NCBI GenBank assembly: GCA_000092065.1
Contig: CP000589.1
Direction: 5' to 3' (one strand)
DNA from: Ostreococcus lucimarinus
Taxonomy: Eukaryota
Length of the DNA: 64,000 nt
The position numbers and the translations under genes are program-made. Under the pieces are notes generated by a model, which ran no database searches, was not told where the DNA came from, and worked only from the letters and a program-made list of their open reading frames with translations. The number at the start of each line of letters is the position of its first letter. Within the stretch, counting starts at the first letter, position 1. Shown one piece after another: positions 10,233-19,549 of this stretch.

Positions 10233-10700
10233 CTTTACCGATTTTTGGCTCGCCGTACGGATTCCAAGTTCAACGACACCGTGCTCAAGCGCTTGTTCAT
10301 GTCGAAGACGAACCGCCCGCCGTTGTCCTTGTCCAAGGTGGCCAAGTTCATGAAGGGTAAGGAGGGCAAGGTTGCGGCGATCGTGGGGACGGTGACCGAT
10401 GACGTGCGTCTCCACGACGTGCCGGCGTTGAAGGTGTGCGCGCTTCGTTTCACCGAAACCGCGCGCGCGCGTATCATCAAGGCGGGCGGACAGTGCATGA
10501 CGTTCGACCAGCTCGCGCTCTCCGCGCCGACGGGTGAAGGCGTCGTGCTCTTGCGAGGTCCGAAGAACTCGCGCGAGGCAGTCAAGCACTTCGGCGCGCC
10601 GGGTGTTCCGGGCTCCCACGCCAAGCCGTACGTCCGCGCCAAGGGCCGCAAGTTCGAGAAGGCTCGCGGTCGACGCGCCAGCCGCGGTTACAAGGCATAA
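10233..10700 (+). CDS. RPL18: eL18 exon 3
   Basis: After acceptor 'gatgacAG' (branch ACTGACG 10201-10207) continues '[36 protein letters not shown]...', full eL18 body to stop. The ORF-track 'M' at 10245 is TTG, not a real start. Confidence 0.85.
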   Translation, partial: LYRFLARRTDSKFNDTVLKRLFMSKTNRPPLSLSKVAKFMKGKEGKVAAIVGTVTDDVRLHDVPALKVCALRFTETARARIIKAGGQCMTFDQLALSAPTGEGVVLLRGPKNSREAVKHFGAPGVPGSHAKPYVRAKGRKFEKARGRRASRGYKA

Positions 10701-10840
10701 ACTTAAACGCTTCGGGGCGTTTTTTTACTGTGTTTGTGATCAGATTAGCGACGCGCTTGGATGGTATAGCGAATTCTTTGAAATGTGAGACATCGAGCGT
10801 AAACTTAAAACATCTACACGACTTCCTACTCTTGCGGCGT

Positions 10841-11041
10841 AGCGTACAACTGGTGCTCATCTGGACGTGATCTCGACCGACTGCGACGAGTCGTCCTCCT
10901 CGGCGACTCGTCGCAGTCGGTGTACGTGATCTCGACCGACTGCGACGAGTCGTCCTCCTCGGCGACTCGTCGCAGTAGCGTACAACTGGTGCTCATCTGG
11001 ACGTGATCTCGACCGACTGCGACGAGTCGTCCTCCTCGGCG
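10841..11041. repeat. Tandem ~68-bp repeat (3 copies) carrying a 17-bp perfect-stem hairpin
   Basis: 'gtgatctcgaccgactgcgacgagtcgtcctcctcggcgactcgtcgcagt' at 10867-10917, 10926-10976 and truncated at 11003-11041; flank 'agcgtacaactggtgctcatctggac' repeated at 10841 and 10977; arms ccgactgcgacgagtcg / cgactcgtcgcagtcgg are reverse complements. Confidence 0.9.
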
Positions 11042-12255
11042 TCGGTGTAGAATTGAGTCTTCAGCTGTCCACCGATGACCACGACGGTATACGCCGCCAA
11101 CAGCGCGGTGATGGTGGAAAACTCCATCTCTGATAAGTAGCGCTCGCCCGTGAGCGGGTTGTGCGCCATGAAAAGGGTCAGTAAAACGCCCCAACCACCT
11201 ACGAAGGTGGCCCAAAACGATCCGGCGATCCACACGGCGTCTCGAGTGAAGAGCGCGCGTGAAAGCATCAAGGCGTTACCGCTCGTGATGAACACGCTCG
11301 TGAGCACGGACAACCCCTGTAACAACTCTGGAGTGCTCAAATTGCTCGCGATTTGCGCCACGGGCATGGACATGAAGAGCGCGGTGGCGGTCCAACCGCT
11401 ACATTCGCTCCATTTGCTCGGCAGCGCGTCGGCTCGCGAGGCGAAGACGAGCGCTAAAATGGCGAGCTCAGACGGAAGCCACCCCAGCGCCGGGGTCAAC
11501 GCGTTCGATATGATCTGCGGCGTCGCGATGATGCCGATGATTCCCAAAGCGGCTTGGTACAGCTCCCACATTTTCTGCCCTCGCTCGCCGTGGGCGTAGT
11601 CGAAGTATCGCGCCACGCTGAGCGACGTCCCGGCGATGATGAACGCGCTCGACGCAAACATCACCGCCGGCGCGACGTTGTGAATGTTCCCCGTCCACGC
11701 GATTTGCGTGAGGAGCATGAACGACGTCGTCACCCCGATCGCCTGCGCCGCCGTCGCCGCGGGTTCGCGCTTATCGGCGAAGTAACTCAGCAGCAACAAG
11801 TTCCCGAGCATCCCGGCGCCGTACCCCTGCCACGAAACCGCGCCCAACGCCATCAAATCCCCCGCCATCACGTTCACGTAATTCTTCCAAATCTGCGGAA
11901 ACGTCAGCAGCGTCAACGGCGCCATCGCGAAGAAGGACAAAGTCTCCGTCGTCGCGTCCAACTTTTCCAGCGCCGTCGCCTCGCCGCGCCGTCCCTCGAT
12001 CGCGTCCCTCTCCCCTCCTCGTCGCGTCTCCCTCGCGCGCGTCGCGCGCGCCGTCCCTCCCGCGCCATCCTCTCGACCCTCCCGCGCGGCTTTCGCGGCC
12101 GTCGCGCGTCGCGCGTCGTCGTCGCGCCCCCGACTTCTGAGATTCGCCGTCGCGCGTCCAACGAACTCGCGTCCGCGCCGTCGCCCGCGTCGTCGTCCCG
12201 TCGCCTCGCCGCGCGCGTCGCGCGCGACGACGCGCGCGCGCGGCGTCACCGCCAT
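10993..12255 (-). CDS. MEX1: Maltose excess protein 1-like chloroplast maltose exporter (MEX1)
   Basis: ~9 TM; 'LLLLSYFADKRE', 'CSGWTATALFMSMPVAQIASNLSTPELLQGLS', 'GNALMLSRALFTRDAVWIAGSFWAT' match Arabidopsis MEX1. Arg/Ala-rich transit-peptide-like N-term; ATG at 12255, alternative 12285. The upstream part of the 756-aa ORF is Arg-rich read-through. Confidence 0.8.
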   Translation of the reverse strand: MAVTPRARVVARDARGEATGRRRGRRRGREFVGRATANLRSRGRDDDARRATAAKAAREGREDGAGGTARATRARETRRGGERDAIEGRRGEATALEKLDATTETLSFFAMAPLTLLTFPQIWKNYVNVMAGDLMALGAVSWQGYGAGMLGNLLLLSYFADKREPAATAAQAIGVTTSFMLLTQIAWTGNIHNVAPAVMFASSAFIIAGTSLSVARYFDYAHGERGQKMWELYQAALGIIGIIATPQIISNALTPALGWLPSELAILALVFASRADALPSKWSECSGWTATALFMSMPVAQIASNLSTPELLQGLSVLTSVFITSGNALMLSRALFTRDAVWIAGSFWATFVGGWGVLLTLFMAHNPLTGERYLSEMEFSTITALLAAYTVVVIGGQLKTQFYTDAEEDDSSQSVEITSR

Positions 12256-12759
12256 CGCCGTCGCCCGCGCGACGGTCGTCGGCATCGCCGCCGTCGCGCT
12301 CTCCCGCGCCGTCGTCGTCGTCGTCGTCGATCGCGCGTCGAAAGATCCAATCGTCGATCGTCGCGTCGGTCGCTTTTTCGACCGTCGACGACGATCGCGC
12401 GCCGATGGGCGTTCGTATCGCGTCTGTACGAGACGCGCGACGCGCGCGCGCGACGCGCCGGCGCGCGCGATCGGTCGGTCGCCGCGATCGGCGCGCGGCG
12501 ACCGACCGACCGCGCGCGCGCGTCGCGTGACTGTTTGCGCACACGGCGCGTCGACCGCGCGTCGCGCCGCGCGCGAAAATCTCGTCGCGCGGCGCCAGAC
12601 CCTGACGTTGGATGTGTTTACCTCGACGTCGCGGCGCGTCTCGCGGTGCGTATTTCGGACGACGTTTGCGGTATCGATCGATCGCGGGCGATCGACGTCG
12701 CGCTGTCGGGCGATCGCGCGCGCGCGTCGCGAGACGGCGACGCGACGACGTCGCGCGCG

Positions 12760-14355
12760 ATGGCGACGATGATGAACGCGATGGCGCGCGCGACGGCGCG
12801 CGCGTCGACGCGACGCGGCGCGCGCGAGGGACGCGCGAGGGACGGGGAGGGAAACCTCGCGCGCGAAGATTATCGGCGTCGTCGGGGGCGCGGACGTCGG
12901 CGTCGCGCGGGAACGATCGGCGGCGCGGCGTCGACGGAGGAGACGACGTCGACGCGCGGGCGCGCGGAGAGCGCGCGATACGACGACGCGGAGATACCGC
13001 GAGGCGTGGGGAGCGCGACGAAGGCGGAGCTCGCGCGGTGGCTGGAGGGGCGACGCCTGCCGGGGCAAAAGATGGCGCTGGAGGTGAACCTGGCGGAGGG
13101 ACGAGGGTTGGTGGCGACGGAGGAGATCAAGCGGGGAGAGGCGTTGCTCGGGGTGCCCAGGACGACGCTGATCACGGTGGAGCGAGCGATCGCGGAGGCG
13201 AAGTTGGGGCCGAAGCACGCCGAGCTGCAGGAGTGGAGCGTGCTGGCGACGTTTTTGGCGCAACAGGCGCTGGCGTTGGAGAGCGGGACCGCGGGGACGT
13301 TCGGGGAGTACATCAGGGCGCTGCCTCGACGCACGGGGAGCGTGTTAGATTGGCCGGAAGATGAGGTGGATAAGCTTTTGAAGGGGTCGCCGTCGCGCTT
13401 GGCGGCGGCGGAGCGACAGGATAGCGTCAACGCGGCGATTGATGAGATTCGCTCGTACTTTCCCGAAATCACGGTCGGAGCGCTTCGATGGGCGTTCGAT
13501 ATTCTTTTCAGTCGTTTGATTCGTTTGGACGCCATGGGGGGCGAGCTCGCGCTCGTGCCGTGGGCGGATATGTTGAACCACAAGCCGGGGTGCGCGGCGT
13601 TCATCGACTTGAACGGCGACGCCGTCAACCTCACCACCGATCGATCGTACGTCAAGGGCGAGCAAGTGTGGGCGTCCTACGGTCAACGACCATCGAGTGA
13701 GCTTTTGATCTCGTACGGTTTCGCCCCAGAGGTTGGTGAAAACCCAGACGACGAATACGCCCTCACGCTCGGCGTCGACGTCAACGACCCGCTCGCCGAC
13801 GCCAAGGCGCAAGTGCTCAGAGATATGGGCCTGAGTCCGGTGGAAACGTTCCCGCTTCGCTTGAACGGGTACCCGCGTCAGTTGTTGCAGTACGCGTCCT
13901 TCATTCTTTGTAACCCGGAGAAGCCGAGCGAGCTTAAGGGTTTGGCGCAGTCGGCGTTCACGGGGAGCGCGAACATCGGGCAGTCGATTTTCGATTCGGT
14001 GCGCGGCTTGACTAATGGCAAGGCGCGCGGGAAGCAAGGGGTGATTTTGGGTGGCGTCGCGGGTGAGATAGCGGTTCGAGAAATGCTCGCGGACTTGTGC
14101 GCCGAGGCGTTGAGCGCGTACCCGAACACGCTCGAAAAAGACAAGGGTCTGGCTCAAGGGCGCATGCCCGATTTCCCCGGCGCCGACGCGTGGACGGGCG
14201 TGGCGCCGGACGCGATCCGGGCGACGCAGCGTTCGGTCTCCGCGGCGCGTGTGCGCGTGTCTGAGCGACGCATCTTGGCCAAGACCGATAGTGAAGTGCG
14301 TTTGCAGTTGCGCAAATTGAAACAAAAGTCGTTGATGGACGACTTCAAGCAGTAG
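12760..14355 (+). CDS. SET-domain protein-lysine methyltransferase, Rubisco LSMT-like (SETD3/LSMT family)
   Basis: Transit-peptide-like N-term; SET core 'LALVPWADMLNHKPGCAAF...VWASYGQRPSSELLISYGF'; C-terminal Rubisco-LSMT substrate-binding-like region. The upstream part of the 933-aa ORF is antisense to MEX1. Confidence 0.7.
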   Translation: MATMMNAMARATARASTRRGAREGRARDGEGNLAREDYRRRRGRGRRRRAGTIGGAASTEETTSTRGRAESARYDDAEIPRGVGSATKAELARWLEGRRLPGQKMALEVNLAEGRGLVATEEIKRGEALLGVPRTTLITVERAIAEAKLGPKHAELQEWSVLATFLAQQALALESGTAGTFGEYIRALPRRTGSVLDWPEDEVDKLLKGSPSRLAAAERQDSVNAAIDEIRSYFPEITVGALRWAFDILFSRLIRLDAMGGELALVPWADMLNHKPGCAAFIDLNGDAVNLTTDRSYVKGEQVWASYGQRPSSELLISYGFAPEVGENPDDEYALTLGVDVNDPLADAKAQVLRDMGLSPVETFPLRLNGYPRQLLQYASFILCNPEKPSELKGLAQSAFTGSANIGQSIFDSVRGLTNGKARGKQGVILGGVAGEIAVREMLADLCAEALSAYPNTLEKDKGLAQGRMPDFPGADAWTGVAPDAIRATQRSVSAARVRVSERRILAKTDSEVRLQLRKLKQKSLMDDFKQ

Positions 14356-14578
14356 AAATCGCAGTCATCGCTTACCTTTTAATTAATTCCCAGCGGCTTT
14401 CACCTCGGCCGTGGATCGCGCTTCGTTCGCCGAGTCGCGCGCGCGCGCACGCGTAATGTTAAATTCGATTTTCTCTCAAATCTGTATTACACCCAAGCAC
14501 CACTAATCGTCTAGAGCGATCTAATCGCTCGCGACGCGCGTTCCAATCCCTCGCCAATTCGCGAAACGACTTCACGCC

Positions 14579-15073
14579 TTAAGCTTCCGGGAACTGGAAC
14601 GAGCATTCCTTCCCGGTGAGCTTCTTGTACACACCCGCGAACGTGTCGAGCTTGTACTCGGTCGTGCTGCGGTCCTTCGGGTCCAAGTACACCTTGAGGA
14701 GGCGAGAGCCGTCCAATCGGTAGCGCTGGCGCTTGCCGACAATCTCCGTCGGGTAAACCAAATCTTCCAACAACGCCGCGTGGACCGCGGTGAGAGTGCG
14801 AGATCTAGGGCGCGAGCGCGCCATGTTGTTCGACGGAACCGGCATAATGCGACGGTTCGCGACGATCACCACATCCTTACCGCTGAACTTCTTCTCGAGC
14901 TCGCGCACCAAGCGTTGTTGAATCTTGTGGTACGACTTCAACGCGCGGTACGGCACGTGAATCACGATCGCGGTACGACCGCCCGCAACCTCAACCTCAG
15001 CCGCGGAGTTGATGTAAAGATCCTTAAGATCCGCCTTGAGCTCGGCGTTCGACGCCTCGAGTTCGATCATGGC
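14579..15073 (-). CDS. RPS7: 40S ribosomal protein S7 (eS7) exon 3
   Basis: '[22 protein letters not shown]...[14 protein letters not shown]...[28 protein letters not shown]' is canonical eS7. Acceptor 'cttttcttgagCAG' with branch ACTGACG just upstream. Confidence 0.9.
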   Translation of the reverse strand, partial: AMIELEASNAELKADLKDLYINSAAEVEVAGGRTAIVIHVPYRALKSYHKIQQRLVRELEKKFSGKDVVIVANRRIMPVPSNNMARSRPRSRTLTAVHAALLEDLVYPTEIVGKRQRYRLDGSRLLKVYLDPKDRSTTEYKLDTFAGVYKKLTGKECSFQFPEA

Positions 15074-15341
15074 CTGCTCAAGAAAAGCGTTTCGCGCGCG
15101 TCAGTCGTCAAGCCCCGCGCGCGTCGTCCTCACCCATCGCACCATCGCGCCGTCTCGCGCCTATGCCCGCGCCCGTCCATCGCCGCGCACTCTCCCGAGC
15201 GACGCGCCGAAATACAATTCCCGCATTCATCGCCCTCGTCGCGCCGCCGCGCGCGCGCGCGCGCCCCGCCGCGCGCGCGATCGTCCCGACAAACCCTAAA
15301 GCCGCGCAACGCGCATCGCATCGCGTCGTCTCTCATCGTAC

Positions 15342-15395
15342 CTGCGCCACGGTCTCCTCAAACGGGGTCAACGCCGCGCCGTTCGCCTTGACAAT
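15342..15395 (-). CDS. RPS7: eS7 exon 2
   Basis: Encodes 'IVKANGAALTPFEETVAQ' (cf. human 'KIVKPNGEKPDEFESGISQ'); flanked by TAG acceptor and CAG|GTACGA donor; in-frame stop just upstream proves it is an internal exon. Confidence 0.8.
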
Positions 15396-15597
15396 CTATT
15401 CGTTCGTAATCGTCTCTCCGTCAGTCGCGGTTCGAGGCGCGTCGCGTCGGGCGCGGCGCGGCGTCGTCGCGACGTCGCGATCGTCGAAAGCCCCAGCGCG
15501 CGCGCCGCGGTCGGCGCGGGCGCGGACGCGCGGTGCGCGGGACGGCGCGCGGTGAGGCGCGCGCGATGGTCGGCGCGTCGTTCTTCTCGCGGCGCAC

Positions 15598-15612
15598 CTT
15601 CGTGGACGACAT
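15598..15612 (-). CDS. RPS7: eS7 exon 1 (5 codons MSSTK)
   Basis: ATG TCG TCC ACG AAG | GTGCGC consensus donor; joined product 'MSSTKIVKANG..' matches eS7 'MFSSSAKIVKPNG..'. Confidence 0.7.
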
Positions 15613-15803
15613 GTTCGCGTGAGTCGCTGCGCGCGTCGGAAAGACGGATGCCGCGACGCGCGCGGCGGACTCGAGGCGGTTCTAAACCCTCGTCCTTTTG
15701 GAGCGCGAGACGACGAACGCGAGACCAGGGCGAACGAGAGTGAACAAAAATAGTGTGTGTGTGCATTCAATAGAAGCCGCGAAAAAGACAGTTGAGCTTT
15801 GCT

Positions 15804-17768
15804 TTAGACGGGCATCGGACGGAATTTCAGGGGCTTGGGCTCTTCGCCACCCATGCGCTCGAGGCGGTGGGCCTCGTACTCGTCGTACGAGCCTTCGAAA
15901 AAGACGACGTTGGAGTCGCCCTCGTAGGCCAAGATGTGGGTGGCGATCTTGTTCAGGAACCAGCGATCGTGAGAGATGCAGATTGTGGTGCCGTTCCAGC
16001 TTTGGATGGCGTCCTCGAGGCATCGAAGGGTGGCGACGTCCAAGTCGTTGGTGGGCTCGTCAAGGAGGAGGCAGTTGCCGCCGCTCGTGAGCGTGCGAGC
16101 GAGCTGTAAGCGGTTGCGCTCACCGCCGGACAAAGTGCCGACCTTCTTTTGTTGATCAGCACTTTTGAAGTTGTACCAGCTGCAATACGCACGCGCGTTC
16201 ACTTGGCGAGTGCCGAGACTGATTTCTTCGGCGCCGCCGCTCAAGGTGTCGAACACCGTCTTCTCCGGGTCGAGGCTATCGCGACTTTGATCGACATACA
16301 TGAGCTTCACGGTCTCGCCCACCGTGAGTTCACCGCCGTCGGGCTTCTCTTCGCCCGTGACCATTCTGAAAAGCGTCGTCTTACCGGCGCCGTTGCCGCC
16401 GACGATGCCGACCACGGACCCGGGCGGGATGATACAGTTCAAGTCATCGATCAGCAGACCGCGACCGTCGTAGCCCTTGCGCACGCCGTTAGCGGTAATG
16501 ACGACGTCACCAAGTCGCGGCGCGGCGGGGATGGTGATGGAGTCCAGATCTTGACGCGCTTGGAACTGCGCGGCGGCTTGGCAGAGCTCTTCGTATTGTC
16601 GAAGTCTCGCCTTACCTTTTTTAACCTGACCCTTTGCGTTCGAACGCACCCACTCGAGCTCTTGCTCGATTTGACGATCGAGTGAGCTCTTCTTCTTGTT
16701 CTCAGCCTCTAGACGCTTGCTCTTACTCTCCAGCCACGTGGAATAGTTGCCTTCGAACGGGATACCCTCCCCGCGATCGAGCTCTAAAATCCAACCGGCG
16801 ACGTTGTCCAAGAAATAGCGGTCGTGCGTGATGGCGACGACGGTGCCCTTGAACGTCGCCAAGAACTGTTCGAGCCACGCGACGGATTGCGCGTCCAAGT
16901 GGTTCGTGGGTTCGTCCAGAAGCAAGATGTCGGGTTGCGAAAGTAACAACCGGCAAATGGCAACGCGTCTGCGCTCCCCTCCGGAAAGGTTTTTCACCAA
17001 AGCATCGCCTGGTGGGCAGCGAAGGGCGTCCATGGCGCGCGACACCGTGCGCTCGAGCTCCCACGCGTTGGACGCGTCGAGCTTATTCTGTAACTGGTCC
17101 ATGCGCTTCATGAGCGCGTCCACGTCGGCGTCCGGCGCCGTCATATCCACCGCGATTTGATTGTACTCATCCAAATCCGCCTGCACCGCCTTCACCCCGA
17201 CGGCGATGTTCTCAGCCACCGTTTCGCCGTCGTCCAAATCCGGCTCCTGCGCCAAGTACCCAATCTTTATCCCGGGCTCGAGATACACGTCGCCGTCGAA
17301 CGCCGTATCCGCCCCCGCCAAAATTTTCATGAGCGTTGATTTCCCCGCCCCGTTCGCCCCCAAGATCCCGATCTTCGCCCCGAGGTACATTCCAAGGTTT
17401 ATATTTTTTATCAGCTCCTTTCCGTTCGGCGTCACCTTGCGCACTTTGGACATGCTCAGGATTATCTTTCGCGTCTCCGTCTGGTACGCGCTCCCCTCCT
17501 TCACCTCCCCCGGGCTCTTGTACTTCCCCCCCGCCGGCTTCGCGCCCGCGCCGCCGCCTCCCGGCGCCGGTTTCGCGCTCGCGCCGCCCTTTCGCGCGCT
17601 CTTCTTCCCCGCCCGCGTCACCGTCGACGCCGCGCGCGCGCTCGCGCGCGCGCGGTGTCGACAACCCTCGAGCGCGCCGCCGCCCGTCGCGAACGCCGCG
17701 CGTCGCGACGCGCACCGCGCGCCTCGCGCCGTCGCGCGCGGCATCGTCGTCGTCGTCGTCGTCGCCAT
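15804..17768 (-). CDS. ABCF: ABC-F family ATPase (two ABC cassettes, GCN20/plastid ABCF5-like) with transit peptide
   Basis: Two Walker A (GANGAGKST / GGNGAGKTT), two ABC signatures (LSGGERRR / LSGGERNR), no TM domain. ORF-track start 17828 is GTG; first ATG 17768 (MATTTTTT..). Confidence 0.85.
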   Translation of the reverse strand: MATTTTTTMPRATARGARCASRRAAFATGGGALEGCRHRARASARAASTVTRAGKKSARKGGASAKPAPGGGGAGAKPAGGKYKSPGEVKEGSAYQTETRKIILSMSKVRKVTPNGKELIKNINLGMYLGAKIGILGANGAGKSTLMKILAGADTAFDGDVYLEPGIKIGYLAQEPDLDDGETVAENIAVGVKAVQADLDEYNQIAVDMTAPDADVDALMKRMDQLQNKLDASNAWELERTVSRAMDALRCPPGDALVKNLSGGERRRVAICRLLLSQPDILLLDEPTNHLDAQSVAWLEQFLATFKGTVVAITHDRYFLDNVAGWILELDRGEGIPFEGNYSTWLESKSKRLEAENKKKSSLDRQIEQELEWVRSNAKGQVKKGKARLRQYEELCQAAAQFQARQDLDSITIPAAPRLGDVVITANGVRKGYDGRGLLIDDLNCIIPPGSVVGIVGGNGAGKTTLFRMVTGEEKPDGGELTVGETVKLMYVDQSRDSLDPEKTVFDTLSGGAEEISLGTRQVNARAYCSWYNFKSADQQKKVGTLSGGERNRLQLARTLTSGGNCLLLDEPTNDLDVATLRCLEDAIQSWNGTTICISHDRWFLNKIATHILAYEGDSNVVFFEGSYDEYEAHRLERMGGEEPKPLKFRPMPV

Positions 17769-17896
17769 CGCTCGCGCGCGCGTCGGTCGCGCGCGGTCGA
17801 CGCGCGTCGCGACGATCAGTGTCGTCACTGCGACGCGACGCGTCGACGCGCGTCGTCGCGCGCGCGGCGCGATCGCGACGCGCGAGTCGCGCGCGC

Positions 17897-19549
17897 ATGT
17901 CGATCGCGCGTCATCGCGCGAGCGACGACGACGACGACGACGACGCGGAGGACGCGCGCGCGACGCGCGAGGACGCCGCGGCGGATGACGATGGGCGCGA
18001 GACGGCGACGGCGATCGCGCGGCGCGACGACGCGACGACGCGATGGTCCGCGGTGACGATCGCGTGCGCGTGCGCGGCGATCGGAACGGTGCTCGCGGTG
18101 GCGAGCGCGACGACGGGGGGGGTGGAGAGCGTGATGAGGGAGGGGTACGCGCGCGCGCGGGTGGCGAATTTGGCGAGCGAAGCGCCGAGACGGTACGGAC
18201 GCGTCGATGGCGCGTTGGAGCGCGAGTCGGGAGCGATGGGAGCGCGAGCGATGGATGTTAAATCGGCGATGAAGTCGGTGTCGGCGTCGCCGCCGACGTG
18301 GTCGCCGCCGAAGCCGAAGCCGAAGCCGAAGCCGAAGCCGAAGCCGAAGCCGAAGCCGAAGCCGAAGCCGCCGTCGCCGTCGCCGCCGTCGCCGTCGCCG
18401 CCGCCACCGCCGAAGCCGACGACGGCGATCGAGCCGATCATCGATCCGAAGTGCGACGAATGGACGGCAAAGCTCGCGGCCGCGGCGTCGGCTCCAGAGT
18501 TTGAGTATGATTTTCCCGCGTACACGTGCTCGAACGAGCACGAGGCGCCGTGCATTCAGGATTTTCAATTCATGAAGCTGCAGCCGGACGCGTGCGATGT
18601 GTTGAAGAGGGACGAGGACTGGCCGGGGAGGTTCATGCAGCGAGCGCCGGGCGTCAAAAATGGAGGCGATCTCGTGCGCGCGCTGGGCGCTGATAATACG
18701 ATCGTTGTCATCGGGGCTTCGATGACCAAACAAATAGAAATCGCTATGGACTGCAGCATTCGGCGCGCGGGCGTCGACAAGTCTCAATCTGCGAAAATCA
18801 TGAAGCGATGGGGGTGGGCGAGATGGTCGTTCGATAGTCAAACGTGTGAACTGGATCACATGGTGGCGGCTCGGACGGGGGGTGACATTAACTATTGGTT
18901 CTCGGCGAAGGAGTACGTCGACGGATGTTGGAAGGATACGAAGGCGTTCGACATCAATGTGCTCGGTTGCGAAGGCGCCATTGACGACTGTGACGCGTCC
19001 TCACGCGTCGTCGTACTGATGTACAACATCGAGCATTACGGGGGACTCGGTAACGTGGAATTTTTCGAAAAAGAGACCGAGTTTCTCGTGAAGCGAGCCG
19101 TATCGTTGGGCGCCAAGGTGGTTCTCGCCACGAGCCCGCCTAAGCACTTCAGCGCCGATGGCGCGTATAGTAAAGAGGCATACATAACGAAAATCAAGAG
19201 TGAAACAGTGTGCACGTGTACACCAACGGTCGAGTCGATAGACAAAAACCCGGCGTGGCGCGGCTATTTCGAAGCCATCGAACGTCTGTCGCGAATACCG
19301 GGCGTTCTCGGCGTCATCGATATTTTACGGTCGTCCATGAAAGAATTCTACCGTAGTCACAAAGGCGGTCACTGCGGGTATTATGTGGACGAAGTTCCGG
19401 GCGAGAATTCGCAAAAGCCCAAGCGCGAGGTGAAGTATAAAGCGTGCTGCGATTGCACGCACTACTGCTTCGATCCAGCGCTCTGGGACCAATACTTCCT
19501 CGATCCTCTCGTCGACATTTTAGACCGCGGGACATCGCCCGCGAGTTAG
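17897..19549 (+). CDS. Type-II membrane protein with PC-esterase (TBL/DUF231-like) domain; putative O-acetyltransferase/esterase
   Basis: Acidic N-term, signal anchor 'VTIACACAAIGTVLAVASA', (PK)12 + PS/P stem, C-terminal Cys-rich domain with 'IVVIGASMTKQIE' (GDS-like, D>A) and terminal 'CCDCTHYCFDPALWDQYFL' (cf. DCxHWCLPGxPDxWN). The first 560 nt of the 737-aa ORF is antisense to ABCF. Confidence 0.6.
   Translation: MSIARHRASDDDDDDDAEDARATREDAAADDDGRETATAIARRDDATTRWSAVTIACACAAIGTVLAVASATTGGVESVMREGYARARVANLASEAPRRYGRVDGALERESGAMGARAMDVKSAMKSVSASPPTWSPPKPKPKPKPKPKPKPKPKPKPPSPSPPSPSPPPPPKPTTAIEPIIDPKCDEWTAKLAAAASAPEFEYDFPAYTCSNEHEAPCIQDFQFMKLQPDACDVLKRDEDWPGRFMQRAPGVKNGGDLVRALGADNTIVVIGASMTKQIEIAMDCSIRRAGVDKSQSAKIMKRWGWARWSFDSQTCELDHMVAARTGGDINYWFSAKEYVDGCWKDTKAFDINVLGCEGAIDDCDASSRVVVLMYNIEHYGGLGNVEFFEKETEFLVKRAVSLGAKVVLATSPPKHFSADGAYSKEAYITKIKSETVCTCTPTVESIDKNPAWRGYFEAIERLSRIPGVLGVIDILRSSMKEFYRSHKGGHCGYYVDEVPGENSQKPKREVKYKACCDCTHYCFDPALWDQYFLDPLVDILDRGTSPAS
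18306..18371 (+). repeat. (GCCGAA)11 hexanucleotide microsatellite in CDS encoding (PK)n
   Basis: Perfect gccgaa reiteration read directly from the sequence. Confidence 0.9.

Noticed and set aside
15421-15612. ORF 'MSSTKVRREKNDAPTIARASPRA...' that superficially matches the eS7 N-terminus (K-I-x-K-x-x-G-x-x-P)
   Set aside because: After codon 5 the sequence is a consensus GTGCGC donor. The authentic second exon (IVKANG...VAQ) lies 200 nt downstream and gives a far better S7 alignment, so the read-through resemblance is chance.
15804-17828. ORF-track start 'MTTLIV..' for ABCF at 17828; similarly the 'M' at 10245 (RPL18) and at 43869 (importin-alpha)
   Set aside because: The codon at 17826-17828 is GTG; 10245 is TTG; 43869 is GTG. 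The ORF track evidently allows non-ATG starts. Real starts are the ATG at 17768 and upstream spliced exons for the other two.
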